Below, piece by piece: positions 63,972-64,000 of a stretch of 64,000 nucleotides of DNA. The DNA comes from Felis catus (Eukaryota). Both the position numbers and the translations under genes were made by a program. The stretch is from positions 20,028,001 to 20,092,000 of the forward strand of contig NC_058368.1 in assembly GCF_018350175.1 (NCBI RefSeq), in the 5' to 3' direction. The notes under the pieces were generated by a model. It was not told the DNA's origin. It saw nothing but the letters and a program-made list of their open reading frames with translations, and did not search any database. How positions within the stretch are numbered: the first letter of the stretch is position 1; every line of letters starts with the position of its first letter.

Positions 63972-64000
63972 ATATAATTTTTTTTTTTAGTTCTAGTTTT

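Overview
Mammalian genomic DNA, almost certainly felid (dense carnivore tRNA-derived SINEs of the SINEC_Fc type). The window holds the CpG-island promoter and first five coding exons of INTS6 (Integrator complex subunit 6) on the + strand: 5933-6043, 6435-6512, 7340-7489, 27581-27670 and 62526-62709. All have canonical GT-AG junctions and join into one frame encoding the N-terminal vWA domain (codons 1-204); the gene continues beyond the window. The rest is upstream and intronic sequence filled with SINEs, L1/L2/MIR fragments, hAT and Tc-mariner fossils, MaLR LTRs and microsatellites. Nearly all other ORFs in the track are repeat or GC-content artefacts. I see no evidence of a new multi-gene system. 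The best leads are regulatory: a 223-nt candidate poison exon in intron 4, competing hairpins in the ATG-free 5' leader, and two SINEs fused tail-to-tail into a near-loopless hairpin in intron 3. Repeat family names and old-repeat boundaries are from recognition by eye and are approximate.
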